A DNA stretch of 32,000 nt, taken from positions 180,001-212,000 of the forward strand of contig PBAU01000003.1 in assembly GCA_002716355.1 (NCBI GenBank), given 5' to 3'. Below the pieces are notes generated by a model. That model was not told the origin of the DNA. It worked only from the letters and a program-made list of their open reading frames with translations, and ran no database searches. The DNA is from a bacterium. GTDB taxonomy: Bacteria > UBP7 > UBA6624. Each line of letters opens with the position of its first letter. Positions within the stretch are counted from its first letter, which is position 1. A program made the translations under genes and the position numbers. Positions 17,681 through 26,272 of the stretch are shown here, piece after piece.

Positions 17681-18039
17681 TAAAAATTAATAACTTCTCT
17701 AACTGCATCAGCTAAAGAAGCAACCCTCCCATGATATTTATAGCCGCCTCTATCAAAAACAACATTTTTGACACCTTTTTTAACAGCCCTTTTTGCAATT
17801 GTTTCACCTACTAATTTAGCTGCCTCTAAAGGCTTAACACTATTACATTTTTTTCTTAATTCTTTATCAATCGTTGAAGCAGAACATAATGTAGTTCTGC
17901 TGGTATCATCTATTATTTGAGCATAAATCTCTTTATGGCTTCTAAAGATAGTCAGCCTAGGATGTGATGCAGTCCCATGCAAAGATCTTCTTATCCTCTT
18001 ATGTCTTGCAATTCTTTTCAGTCTTCTAAAATCTTTCAT
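17680..18039 (-). CDS. rplR: 50S ribosomal protein L18
   Basis: 119 aa. RHKRIR....G....[16 protein letters not shown] and a C-terminal [19 protein letters not shown]. Confidence 0.95.
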   Translation of the reverse strand: MKDFRRLKRIARHKRIRRSLHGTASHPRLTIFRSHKEIYAQIIDDTSRTTLCSASTIDKELRKKCNSVKPLEAAKLVGETIAKRAVKKGVKNVVFDRGGYKYHGRVASLADAVREVINF

Positions 18040-18041
18040 CT

Positions 18042-18569
18042 TTAAGCCGCCTCAACAACTCTTCTCTTCTTTTTGTTGTAAGTTAAATCTTTTCTCTTGA
18101 TGCCTTGAAGCTTGTAAGGCTCAACAGGCCTGACCTGCATAACCTTATCGCAAAAGCCTCCAACATCTTGTTTGCAGATTCCAGAAATTTTTACTTCACC
18201 TTTCACAACCTCAACATCTACAAACTCAGGAATTTCCAAAATCACATCATGTGAATAACCAGCTTTTATTGTTAGTTTTTTTCCAGATACAGAAACCCTA
18301 TAACCAGGACCATCTGCAATAAGAGAGTAGCTAAAACCTTTAGAAACTCCAATAACAGCATTTTCTAATAAAGATCTAAAAGTACCATGAAACTTCTTTT
18401 GTGCCTTGCTTTCAACGATAATTTTATTTCCTTCCTTTTTGAAAGAAACGTTCTTGAATGTATTAACCTTCAAAACACCTTTAGGCCCTTTCACCTCTAC
18501 GAAAGAAGAAGAGTCAGTGACCTCTACGCCCATTGGGAGCAATATTGCTTTTCTACCTATTCTGCTCAT
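18042..18569 (-). CDS. rplF: 50S ribosomal protein L6
   Basis: 175 aa. MSRIG.K.I..P.GV.V and the two-domain L6 pattern with GYSH, between rpsH and rplR. Confidence 0.95.
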   Translation of the reverse strand: MSRIGRKAILLPMGVEVTDSSSFVEVKGPKGVLKVNTFKNVSFKKEGNKIIVESKAQKKFHGTFRSLLENAVIGVSKGFSYSLIADGPGYRVSVSGKKLTIKAGYSHDVILEIPEFVDVEVVKGEVKISGICKQDVGGFCDKVMQVRPVEPYKLQGIKRKDLTYNKKKRRVVEAA

Positions 18570-18979
18570 ATTATCACCGCCACATACTCGCCACCCAAGC
18601 CTTTCTTTTTTGCTTCTCTGTCAGGTAAAAGACCTTGCGAGGTTGAAATCAAGCCAGTTCCCAAGCCATTTATAACTCTTTTAACTTCATCTCTTTTCAG
18701 GTAAACCCTTCGACTTGGTTTGCTTACTCTTTTTAGATTCTGAATCAATGGTATCCTGTCTCCAGAATCTGAAATAGTGTACTTCAAGCTAACAACCAAA
18801 AATTTACCAGGATGTTTTTCGCCTATTGTTTCATACCCATTAATCCAACCTTCAGAAGCAAGGACCTTCAAAATGTCTTCTCCAAAATTAAAATGGGGAA
18901 TCCTTGTTGAGCTGTGACTTCTGTTTCCAGCGTTCTTTATTCTTATTAATAAATCTGATATAGGGTCTGAATGTGTCAC
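18566..18979 (-). CDS. rpsH: 30S ribosomal protein S8
   Basis: 137 aa. DPISDLL.RIKNA at the N-terminus and [15 protein letters not shown] at the C-terminus. Confidence 0.95.
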   Translation of the reverse strand: MTHSDPISDLLIRIKNAGNRSHSSTRIPHFNFGEDILKVLASEGWINGYETIGEKHPGKFLVVSLKYTISDSGDRIPLIQNLKRVSKPSRRVYLKRDEVKRVINGLGTGLISTSQGLLPDREAKKKGLGGEYVAVII

Positions 18980-19161
18980 CAGCTTGCCTTCCTTACTCCT
19001 GGAATTTCACCATTGTGAGCCATTTCTCTAAAGCAAATCCTGCAGATCCCAAACATTCTCATGTAACCTCTGGGTCTACCACATATGCTGCATCTGTTAT
19101 AAGCTCTAACCGAGTATTTTTGTTTTCTCTTTTGTTTAGCAATCATTGATTTTTTTGCCAT
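18976..19161 (-). CDS. rpsN: 30S ribosomal protein S14, short zinc-ribbon (type Z) form
   Basis: 61 aa. The sequence has a [10 protein letters not shown]....GICRICFRE four-Cys motif. It sits between rplE and rpsH. Confidence 0.95.
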   Translation of the reverse strand: MAKKSMIAKQKRKQKYSVRAYNRCSICGRPRGYMRMFGICRICFREMAHNGEIPGVRKASW

Positions 19162-19694
19162 TATTCTTCCTTCTCCTTGAATGGAAGGCCTATTGACTCA
19201 AGAAGAGCCTCCCCGTCCTCATCTTTATCAGAAGTTGTTACAAAGGTTATAGAAAAACCCCTTACTCTGTTTCCTATTTTGTCAAAAGGTATTTCAGGAA
19301 ATACAGATTGCTCTTTTAATGCTACTGTAAGATTTCCATGACCATCCATGTTTCTTTCTAAGCCACGAAAATCTCTAACCCTTGGAATCACAACAGAGAT
19401 AAGCCTTGTGACGAAATCATTCATTTTTACACCACGCAATGTTACCTTTGCGCCTATTGGCTGACCTTCCCTTAGCTTGAAACCAGCAACAGACTTTCTT
19501 GCTTTTGTTATAACTGCCTTTTGGCCAGTCACCATCTCCAAATGCTCAACAACAGGATTCAAAAGTTTTTTATCTGCAGAAGCGTCCCCAACACCAACAT
19601 TAACAACAACTTTTTCTAAAGCTGGAAGAGACATAACATTCTCTCTTCCTAACTTTTCTTTTAGCTGATCTATTAAATCTTCTGTTAACCTCAT
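19161..19694 (-). CDS. rplE: 50S ribosomal protein L5
   Basis: 177 aa. P.LEKVVVN.GVG, RDFRGL and F.E. patterns typical of L5. Confidence 0.95.
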   Translation of the reverse strand: MRLTEDLIDQLKEKLGRENVMSLPALEKVVVNVGVGDASADKKLLNPVVEHLEMVTGQKAVITKARKSVAGFKLREGQPIGAKVTLRGVKMNDFVTRLISVVIPRVRDFRGLERNMDGHGNLTVALKEQSVFPEIPFDKIGNRVRGFSITFVTTSDKDEDGEALLESIGLPFKEKEE

Positions 19695-20002
19695 TAGAAA
19701 GTCACTCCTGATTTTTTAGATAATCTATTTTTTGTTCCATCTTTTCCAATTTTTACCGATACTCTTGTTGCTTTGCCTTTTGAGTCGATTGGCATTAAAT
19801 TTGACACATGTATTGGTCTAGATATTTCATCTTTTGAACCCTCTGAGCCTTCTTCTCCGCTCTTTTTTCTGTGCCTTACAAGCAAACCTAAACCCTTAAC
19901 AATTGCTCTTTTGCCCTTTATCAAAGCCACTTCACCTTCCTGTCCAGAATCATTTCCAGCAATTACTTTAACTTTATCTCCTACCTTTATCCTCTTTACC
20001 AT
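19694..20002 (-). CDS. rplX: 50S ribosomal protein L24
   Basis: 102 aa. The KOW motif region is IKVGDKVKVIAG.DSGQEGEV. It follows rplN. Confidence 0.94.
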   Translation of the reverse strand: MVKRIKVGDKVKVIAGNDSGQEGEVALIKGKRAIVKGLGLLVRHRKKSGEEGSEGSKDEISRPIHVSNLMPIDSKGKATRVSVKIGKDGTKNRLSKKSGVTF

Positions 20003-20370
20003 TAAAGAACCTCCGGTGCTAACGAAATAATTTTTGCAAAAAGTTTTTGTCTAAGTTCCCTTCCAACGGGACCAAATATTCTTGTGCCTCTAGGTGTGCC
20101 ATCTTCATTCAATAACACACATGCATTATCGTCAAATCTAATATTGCTTCCATCTTTTCTTTTTGTCTTAGAAACAGTTCTAACAACAACAGCTCTAACA
20201 ATTTGTTTCTTCTTAACCATGCCTTCTGGCAAAGCTGATTTGATGGAACAAACAACAACATCACCAATATGAGCGTATCTTTTTCTAGTTCCTCCAAGAA
20301 CACGTATGCATTGGAGCCTTCTTGCACCAGAATTATCGGCACAATTCAAAATACTTTCTTGCTGAATCAC
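20002..20370 (-). CDS. rplN: 50S ribosomal protein L14
   Basis: 122 aa. MIQQES.L..ADNSGAR...CIRVLGG and the C-terminal [20 protein letters not shown]. Confidence 0.97.
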   Translation of the reverse strand: MIQQESILNCADNSGARRLQCIRVLGGTRKRYAHIGDVVVCSIKSALPEGMVKKKQIVRAVVVRTVSKTKRKDGSNIRFDDNACVLLNEDGTPRGTRIFGPVGRELRQKLFAKIISLAPEVL

Positions 20371-20612
20371 TTCTTTCCCTCTAAAATTTTATTAATTTTG
20401 AAACTTTTTCTTTTAGAAACAGGAAGACATGAGATGATTTCAACAAAATCACCTATCTTTGAGCTTCCTTTTTCATCATGAACTAAATATTTTTTAGATC
20501 TCAATAATCTTTTTTTAAATTTTGGATGAACAGTTTGTCTTGTAACTAAAACTTTAACACTCTTCTCTCCGCTCAGCTTTATAACTTTACCCTGCAATTT
20601 TTGCTGTGTCAT
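20367..20612 (-). CDS. rpsQ: 30S ribosomal protein S17
   Basis: 81 aa. L.GKV.......K...V.V.R...HP.FKK......KY.VHDE...S.IGD.V.I. is the S17 pattern. Confidence 0.94.
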   Translation of the reverse strand: MTQQKLQGKVIKLSGEKSVKVLVTRQTVHPKFKKRLLRSKKYLVHDEKGSSKIGDFVEIISCLPVSKRKSFKINKILEGKK

Positions 20613-20812
20613 TTTGAATTTCTCCCAATTAAAGTTCTAGCTCTAGCTATTTTCTTTTTTAAAGATCTAATTTTTCCAGCTGGAGCAGTACCTGATCTAG
20701 CTGAGTCAAATCTAATCTCCATTAATTCCTTTTTTGCTTTCCTTATCTCTTCCACTAATTTTGAATTCTTCATTGAAGAAAGCTTATCGAACTCTTTTTT
20801 CTTTATTGCCAT
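20609..20812 (-). CDS. rpmC: 50S ribosomal protein L29
   Basis: 67 aa helical protein between rplP and rpsQ. L.EEIRKAKKEL.E.RF is typical of L29. Confidence 0.9.
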   Translation of the reverse strand: MAIKKKEFDKLSSMKNSKLVEEIRKAKKELMEIRFDSARSGTAPAGKIRSLKKKIARARTLIGRNSK

Positions 20813-21240
20813 GGTTTACCTTCTCCGCTTTTTAAGGTGATTACACTAACAGGAATACTTATCTTGTGTCTAACTTTTGACAAAGCATTTTTTGCTTGTT
20901 GGCTAGGAACGCCTGCAACTTCAAAAAGAACCTGTCCCCTCTTGATTCTTGCTTCATATCTTTCAACAGCACCTTTACCTTTACCCATTCTTGCTTCTAA
21001 AGGATGCTTAGTTATAGGCAAATCAGGAAAAACCCTTGTCCACATTTTTGCCTTATCTCCCACACGTCTCCTTATCAAAACACGAATAGCCTCTATCTGT
21101 CTAGATGTCATTCTTCCATTACCATTAGCTCTGACTCCAAACTCACCAAAAGCAAGCTTGTTTCCTCTGATTGACTTACCTCTATTCCTTCCCCTGAAGG
21201 CTTTTAAATATTTCCATCTTTTTGGTTGAAGTAAAGGCAT
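20803..21240 (-). CDS. rplP: 50S ribosomal protein L16
   Basis: 145 aa. LQPKR.KY.K.FRGR..G, G.FG..A......T.RQIEA.R and MGKGKG motifs. Confidence 0.96.
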   Translation of the reverse strand: MPLLQPKRWKYLKAFRGRNRGKSIRGNKLAFGEFGVRANGNGRMTSRQIEAIRVLIRRRVGDKAKMWTRVFPDLPITKHPLEARMGKGKGAVERYEARIKRGQVLFEVAGVPSQQAKNALSKVRHKISIPVSVITLKSGEGKPWQ

Positions 21241-21908
21241 TAGTCCTCATCCTCCCGATGTATCCATACTTTTACACCTAATATTCCATATTTAGTCCAA
21301 GCTTCAGCAAAACCAAAATCAACATTTGCTCTCAAGGTGTGTCTAGGTATTGAACCTTCAGAATACTTCATAGTTCTTGCTATCTCAGCACCATCAACTC
21401 TTCCTGCAATCTCAAGCTTACAACCTTTTGCTCCTGCAGCAATAGCAGCATCAACAACCTGTTTCATAATTCGTCTAGTTGACTTTCTAGCTTCAAGCTG
21501 TCTTCTAACAGAGTCAGCAACAACATTTGCATATATGTCAGGCTCTCTTATCTCAACTGCTTTTATTGTTATTCTCTGATCTGGCAAAAGACCTTTGAGA
21601 TGTGTTACAGTCGCATCTATCGAAGCCCCTTTTTTTCCAATAAGGGCTCCTGGTCTAGCAGTGTGTACTGCAATTTCTACAACATCAGAACCCCTTGGAG
21701 CAACAGTTCTGATTATTTCAACCTTTTGAATAGCAGAGTCCTTATGCCTCTTGGCAATAACCCTTCTTATCACAGCATCAGCTTCAATCAATTTAGCATA
21801 ATCTTTATTTTTCTGAGGGAACCAAGTGGCATTCCAGCCTCTACCAGTTTTAGTAGCCTTATGGTAAACACCTACTCTAAAACCATTAGCATTTATCTTA
21901 TTACCCAT
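21240..21908 (-). CDS. rpsC: 30S ribosomal protein S3
   Basis: The track ORF starts at a GTG at 21917 (MKLMGNK...). The ATG at 21906-21908 gives [13 protein letters not shown], which matches the conserved S3 N-terminus MGQK..P.GFR.G. The KH domain region GALIGKKG is present. Confidence 0.94.
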   Translation of the reverse strand: MGNKINANGFRVGVYHKATKTGRGWNATWFPQKNKDYAKLIEADAVIRRVIAKRHKDSAIQKVEIIRTVAPRGSDVVEIAVHTARPGALIGKKGASIDATVTHLKGLLPDQRITIKAVEIREPDIYANVVADSVRRQLEARKSTRRIMKQVVDAAIAAGAKGCKLEIAGRVDGAEIARTMKYSEGSIPRHTLRANVDFGFAEAWTKYGILGVKVWIHREDED

Positions 21909-22260
21909 TAGCTTCACCTGTACCTAAAATAATTTCAACATTTGTAGTTCTTTTTTTGTATTTATGAGCCATGCCTCTCATGACCGGTCTGAATCTTTTC
22001 ATTGCAACACCTTTACCAACGTTTATACAAGAAACAAAAAGGCTTGCACTTGGAAGCTCTAAATTATGTTCAGCATTTGCAATGGCTTCATTTAAAAGCT
22101 TCAGCAATAACCTGCTTGCTTTATCGTTTTGACTTGTAAGCCTCAATATTGCATCAGAAACAGCCATACCTCTTACTCTGTGAGCAGCACGATTTATCAT
22201 TTGTGGCTTACAGCGCAAATTCAAACCTTTTGATCTTGGCATTACTTTACTGCTCATCAT
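21901..22260 (-). CDS. rplV: 50S ribosomal protein L22
   Basis: 119 aa between rpsS and rpsC. R.....A..VRGM.V.DA...L and the K.F.P.MRG.A....KRT..V.I. pattern. Confidence 0.92.
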   Translation of the reverse strand: MMSSKVMPRSKGLNLRCKPQMINRAAHRVRGMAVSDAILRLTSQNDKASRLLLKLLNEAIANAEHNLELPSASLFVSCINVGKGVAMKRFRPVMRGMAHKYKKRTTNVEIILGTGEANG

Positions 22261-22520
22261 TCTGCATCCTTCTTCTTTTTATGACCACCGAATCTTCTTG
22301 TTAATGCAAATTCACCCAATTTATGTCCAACCATTGATTCGCTAACATAAACCTTGTCAAATCTTCTTCCGTTATGAACCTCAAACGTTAAGCCAACCAT
22401 TTCTGGATGTATGGTAGATCTTCTAGACCAAGTTCTTATAGGGTCTCTAGATCCACTTGCCTTGGCTTTAACAATTTTCTTAACCAAGCTTGGTTCAATA
22501 TAAGGTGATTTTTTAGCCAT
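22257..22520 (-). CDS. rpsS: 30S ribosomal protein S19
   Basis: 87 aa. [40 protein letters not shown]. Confidence 0.96.
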   Translation of the reverse strand: MAKKSPYIEPSLVKKIVKAKASGSRDPIRTWSRRSTIHPEMVGLTFEVHNGRRFDKVYVSESMVGHKLGEFALTRRFGGHKKKKDAE

Positions 22521-23344
22521 TATTTTTTCCTTCTAGACCTTAAGATGTGCTTATCGCTCGGTCTGCTTCTTCTTGTTTTTGGACCTCTAGCAACCTTACC
22601 CCAAGGTGTTCTTAAAATTTTTCCTTTTTGTCGACCTTCACCACCACCGTTTGGATGATCACAAGGATTCATAATCATTCCTCTTACTGACGGCCTCCAG
22701 CCCTTATGTCTCTTTCTTCCTGCATTTCCCCATTTTTCCAAATTGTGTTCAACATTAGAAAGTCTTCCAATTGTTGCACAACAAGTCAAAGGTACCTTTC
22801 TCAACTCTCCACTTGGGAGTTCTATAAAACCCCAACCAGCTTCTTTGTTTTTCAATATTGCAAAACTGCCAGCGCTTCTTGCCAGCAAGCCACCTTGCCC
22901 GGGTCTCAATTCAACAGAATGAATAAATGAACCCGTTCTTATTGATGATAAAGGCATTGTGTTTCCAGGCCTATTTGGAGCTTTATCAGCAGAAACAACC
23001 ATTTGTCCGGCCTCTAGTCCTGTGGGTGCCAAAATATAACTTTTCTCACCATCTGTATAACAGATCAAAGCTATGAAAGCAGTTCTATTTGGGTCGTATT
23101 CAATTTGAACAACTTTGGCTGGAACATCTTTTTTCTTTCTTCTAAAATCTATCATTCTGTACTTGTTCTTATTCCCACCGCCTCTATGCCTTGTTGTAAT
23201 TCTTCCAAGGTTATTCCTGCCACTATTTTTCTTCTTACCCTTAACAAGAGAACCACCACCTGGCTTATCAGCAAGATGACTCTTGTCTATTCGAACGATA
23301 GACCTAAGAGAAGGTGTTGTTGGTTTATATCTTTTTATAGCCAT
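22520..23344 (-). CDS. rplB: 50S ribosomal protein L2
   Basis: 274 aa. GRNN.GRIT.RHRGGG.K..YR.IDF.R and MNP.DHP.GGGEG motifs. Confidence 0.97.
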   Translation of the reverse strand: MAIKRYKPTTPSLRSIVRIDKSHLADKPGGGSLVKGKKKNSGRNNLGRITTRHRGGGNKNKYRMIDFRRKKKDVPAKVVQIEYDPNRTAFIALICYTDGEKSYILAPTGLEAGQMVVSADKAPNRPGNTMPLSSIRTGSFIHSVELRPGQGGLLARSAGSFAILKNKEAGWGFIELPSGELRKVPLTCCATIGRLSNVEHNLEKWGNAGRKRHKGWRPSVRGMIMNPCDHPNGGGEGRQKGKILRTPWGKVARGPKTRRSRPSDKHILRSRRKK

Positions 23345-23346
23345 AA

Positions 23347-23664
23347 TTATCCGGGTTGAAAGTGACTCATCAAATCTTCATCAGAAGCAATCCTGACAAT
23401 AGCCTTGATTCTTCTGGAAGTCTGACCGTAAGTAACCCCTCCTTTAGATGTTCTTCTTGCTCTTTTTTTACCAGGATTTTTTAAAATCCTAACAGAAAGA
23501 ACTTTTTTTATCTTTAATTCTTTTTTCACAGCATCTCTTACATCTGTTTTTGTTGCTCTTGCTGATATTTGAAAAGTATAAGCATTTTCATTCATTGCCA
23601 GATCCATTGTTTTTTCTGAAATTATGGGCTTGATTAAAACGTCTGATAAAGCTATCATTTCCAA
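23347..23664 (-). CDS. rplW: 50S ribosomal protein L23
   Basis: 105 aa. L.KP.ISEK......EN.YTF.....A.K.....AV......KV..V. is the L23 pattern. It sits between rplD and rplB. Confidence 0.93.
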   Translation of the reverse strand: MEMIALSDVLIKPIISEKTMDLAMNENAYTFQISARATKTDVRDAVKKELKIKKVLSVRILKNPGKKRARRTSKGGVTYGQTSRRIKAIVRIASDEDLMSHFQPG

Positions 23665-24281
23665 ATCTCCTCAATTTTCTTCAATGCTTCAGAAGATATA
23701 AGTACATTTTTGTACCTTAACAAATCTCCAATATTAACCCTTTCACCACCATAAAACCTAACATTCTTTACGTTTCTGAAAGAACAGCTTGCAGTATCCT
23801 GTTTTTCATTATGCAAAACCAAAGTTTTACCTTCTAGTCCATTTTTGTCCAAAAGAGAAATCGCATTCTTAACAGATGCATTTTTCCATTTTGGAATTTC
23901 AACAAATTTAACCTCACCGTCGGAAAGCTTCTTGCTTAAAGCGGACATCAGCGCCTTCCTTCCTGCTTTTTTGTTTATTTTTAATACTGGATTTCGAGAT
24001 TGAGGGCCATGTATAGCTCCTCCACCTACTCTCTGACCTGCAGTTCTAGCTCCAGCTCTAGCGTTACCTGTACCTTTTTGCCTGTAAAGCTTTCTTGTTG
24101 AAGCTCTTACGTCAGATCTATTTTTTGAGGAACCAGCTAAATCTTTTCCATTATTAACCTGGACACGATAAGCCAAGCTGACAAGAGAAGGATTCCATTC
24201 AACATCAAAAATGCCTTTTGGAAGAGTGATTTTCTTTAACTCTTTGCCAGCTTTGTCATACAGTCCTGATTTAACTGGCAT
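23655..24281 (-). CDS. rplD: 50S ribosomal protein L4
   Basis: 208 aa. The KNRS.V..S.RK.YRQKGTGNAR.G and GGG..HGP motifs are present. Confidence 0.95.
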   Translation of the reverse strand: MPVKSGLYDKAGKELKKITLPKGIFDVEWNPSLVSLAYRVQVNNGKDLAGSSKNRSDVRASTRKLYRQKGTGNARAGARTAGQRVGGGAIHGPQSRNPVLKINKKAGRKALMSALSKKLSDGEVKFVEIPKWKNASVKNAISLLDKNGLEGKTLVLHNEKQDTASCSFRNVKNVRFYGGERVNIGDLLRYKNVLISSEALKKIEEIWK

Positions 24282-25038
24282 CTTTCTTCTCCTTTTCTTG
24301 TTCTTTAACCTCTGGTGTATCTATATTTTCTGTTGTATTAACATCTTCTGTCTTAACATCTTCTTTTTTTAAAGTTGGATCCTCTATATCAGATGGCAAT
24401 TCTTGTTGGGGGTATATCCTAACCAAAGAACCCCTTCCACCAGGAACAGATCCCTCTATAGCAACTATGCCATTATCGATATCCCAATCGATAATCTCAG
24501 AATTCCTTTGGACGTTAACAGAGCTACCATGCCTCCCAGGCATTTTCTGTCCTGGGAAAATTCTAGCAGGACCCATAGCACCAGCTGATAAAGGCCTTCT
24601 TGAAACCCCTCTTGCACCGTGAGAGCTTGCTCCACCTTTAAAATTATGCCTTTTCATAACTCCAGTAAACCCTTTACCTTTTGACCTTCCGACAACCGTA
24701 ACTTTTTCTCCTATATGCAAATAGCTAGAAATTTCTTGCCCTAATTCAAAAGATGATGAATCTTCGACTTTTACTTCGTTCAAATTCTTATAAGCAATCT
24801 CTGAATCATTGATGGCTTTTTTCTGATGCCCAAAAGCAGGCTTGCTTAATTTAGATGAAGGGCAAGGTTCATAACCAACCTGAACTGCCTCGTAACCATC
24901 TGAATCAATTGTCTTTTTTGAAATAATCCTTGAAGGCAATATTTCCAATAGTGTAACTCCATGCCTTGAGCCAGAATCTGTATTTATAGTGGTCATGCCC
25001 ATTTTTCTTCCAACGACAAACAATCTTGAGGTTTTCAT
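24271..25038 (-). CDS. rplC: 50S ribosomal protein L3 with a long acidic C-terminal extension
   Basis: 255 aa. GRKMGMT, G.SKGKGF.GVMKRHNF.GG...HG. and G.KM.G..G motifs. An extra tail of about 45 residues (QQELPSDIEDPTLKKEDVKTEDVNTTENIDTPEVKEQEKEKKDAS) follows. Confidence 0.94.
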   Translation of the reverse strand: MKTSRLFVVGRKMGMTTINTDSGSRHGVTLLEILPSRIISKKTIDSDGYEAVQVGYEPCPSSKLSKPAFGHQKKAINDSEIAYKNLNEVKVEDSSSFELGQEISSYLHIGEKVTVVGRSKGKGFTGVMKRHNFKGGASSHGARGVSRRPLSAGAMGPARIFPGQKMPGRHGSSVNVQRNSEIIDWDIDNGIVAIEGSVPGGRGSLVRIYPQQELPSDIEDPTLKKEDVKTEDVNTTENIDTPEVKEQEKEKKDAS

Positions 25039-25352
25039 CTCTTCACACTCACATGTATCCCTTCTGGGAAACGCATATTAACTATTTCTGATAAATCATC
25101 TTGTACATAATCACTAAATATAACTAATCTTTTGTGAATCCTTAATTCAAACTGCTCTCTTGAATCTTTGTCGACATGCACACTTCTGCATATTGTGAAA
25201 ATCTTCTTCCTTGTGGGGAATGGAACAGGGCCACTAACGGTTATGTTTTTAGTTTTAGCCATTCGTGCAAGCTCACCTGCCCAATGATCTAAAAGCCTAT
25301 AGTCATAAGATCTTAAAACCAATTTCAATGAATTTTCTCCTTTAACAACCAT
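25035..25352 (-). CDS. rpsJ: 30S ribosomal protein S10
   Basis: 105 aa. L.L.L.SYDYRLLD, SGP.P.PT, CRS.HVDKDSREQFE.R.HKRL. Confidence 0.96.
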   Translation of the reverse strand: MVVKGENSLKLVLRSYDYRLLDHWAGELARMAKTKNITVSGPVPFPTRKKIFTICRSVHVDKDSREQFELRIHKRLVIFSDYVQDDLSEIVNMRFPEGIHVSVKR

Positions 25353-25354
25353 AA

Positions 25355-25819
25355 TTAACCAAAGCTAGCAAACGTTCTGTTTGCTTCAGCCATCCTCAAA
25401 ACATCAGTTTTCTTCTTGTACGCCCCACCACGCTCATGATATGCATCAACAATCTCCTGCGCAAGTTTTTCAGCAAAACCTCTTTCTCTCCTGGATCTAG
25501 CATAAGTAACTAGCCATCTTATAGCCAATGACTTCTGCCTTCTTGGTCTAACTTCAACAGGAACTTGCAGATTAGCACCTCCGATCCTTTTACTCTTAAC
25601 TTCAACTTCAGGAGTTATATTCTTGATTGCCTTGATCAAAACATTCATAGGATCTTGTTCTGTTACTTTCTGAACTTTATTCAATGCCCCATAAACAAGC
25701 TTTTCAGCAACAGACATCTTTCCGCCCTTCATTACCTTCCTAATAATTCTGGATACATCACGGTTCTGATAAACAGTATCCAATGGAACGTCTCTTATAA
25801 CAGCTTTATTCTTCCTCAT
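25355..25819 (-). CDS. rpsG: 30S ribosomal protein S7
   Basis: 154 aa. The sequence has VEVKS.R.GGAN.QVPVEV...R...LA.RWL and a C-terminal A.KKK.D..RMAEANR.FA.F. Confidence 0.96.
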   Translation of the reverse strand: MRKNKAVIRDVPLDTVYQNRDVSRIIRKVMKGGKMSVAEKLVYGALNKVQKVTEQDPMNVLIKAIKNITPEVEVKSKRIGGANLQVPVEVRPRRQKSLAIRWLVTYARSRRERGFAEKLAQEIVDAYHERGGAYKKKTDVLRMAEANRTFASFG

Positions 25820-26187
25820 GATTCTTTCTTTGCTCCATAAAGACTTCTACTGCTTTTTCTCTTAGCAACACCTTCAGTGTCTCTTGTTCCTCTTATAACT
25901 TTATATCTAACTCCAGGTAAATCCTTTGGTCTTCCACCCCTTACGAGAACTATGTGGTGTTCTTGTAGGTTATGGCCTTCTCCAGGTATGTAAGCTGTTA
26001 GCTCTGCACCGTTTGAAAGCCTAACTCTGCAAACTTTTCTTAAAGCAGAATTAGGCTTCTTTGGAGTAACTGTCATAACACGCAGAACAACTCCTCTCTT
26101 GAAAGGATTTCCACCTAACAAAGGAGCTCCAGAACGTCTCTTTAATCTCTTTCTATCTTTTCTAACTAGCTGACTAATAGTCGGCAT
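25816..26187 (-). CDS. rpsL: 30S ribosomal protein S12
   Basis: 123 aa. [52 protein letters not shown]...RG. A strong GGAGG Shine-Dalgarno lies 5 nt upstream. Confidence 0.97.
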   Translation of the reverse strand: MPTISQLVRKDRKRLKRRSGAPLLGGNPFKRGVVLRVMTVTPKKPNSALRKVCRVRLSNGAELTAYIPGEGHNLQEHHIVLVRGGRPKDLPGVRYKVIRGTRDTEGVAKRKSSRSLYGAKKES

Positions 26188-26192
26188 AACCT

Positions 26193-26245
26193 ACCTCCAA
26201 AAAATGTGTACACAATTTCCCATTATATTACAAGTTTTAATTCAA
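26193..26245 (-). promoter_or_regulatory. Putative promoter and RBS of the ribosomal super-operon
   Basis: On the minus strand there is a perfect TATAAT at 26222-26227. TTGAAT lies at 26240-26245, but the spacing is only 12 nt, so it is not a canonical -35. GGAGGT lies at 26193-26198, 5 nt before the rpsL ATG. This is one of only two spacers above 80 nt on the minus strand. Confidence 0.3.
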
Positions 26246-26272
26246 ACGGTAATGAAAATCGGTTTTTATAGA

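Noticed and set aside
20109-20342. 77 aa same-strand alternative-frame ORF inside rplN.
   Set aside because: It is wholly embedded in the highly conserved L14 coding sequence and has no RBS or recognisable domain. It is most simply a chance open frame.
20837-21229. 130 aa plus-strand ORF antisense to rplP. Similar antisense ORFs include 12532-12891, 18387-18704, 21337-21911, 22706-23359 and 27003-27329.
   Set aside because: They lie entirely within strongly supported minus-strand genes. Their translations are Leu/Pro/Ser/Phe-rich low-complexity strings, typical of reading Lys/Arg/Gly-rich genes backwards. No start context or recognisable motif is present.
26246-26272. Possible intrinsic terminator directly after the ileS stop.
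   Set aside because: The repeated ACCG/CGGT elements are direct rather than inverted repeats, so no stable stem-loop forms.
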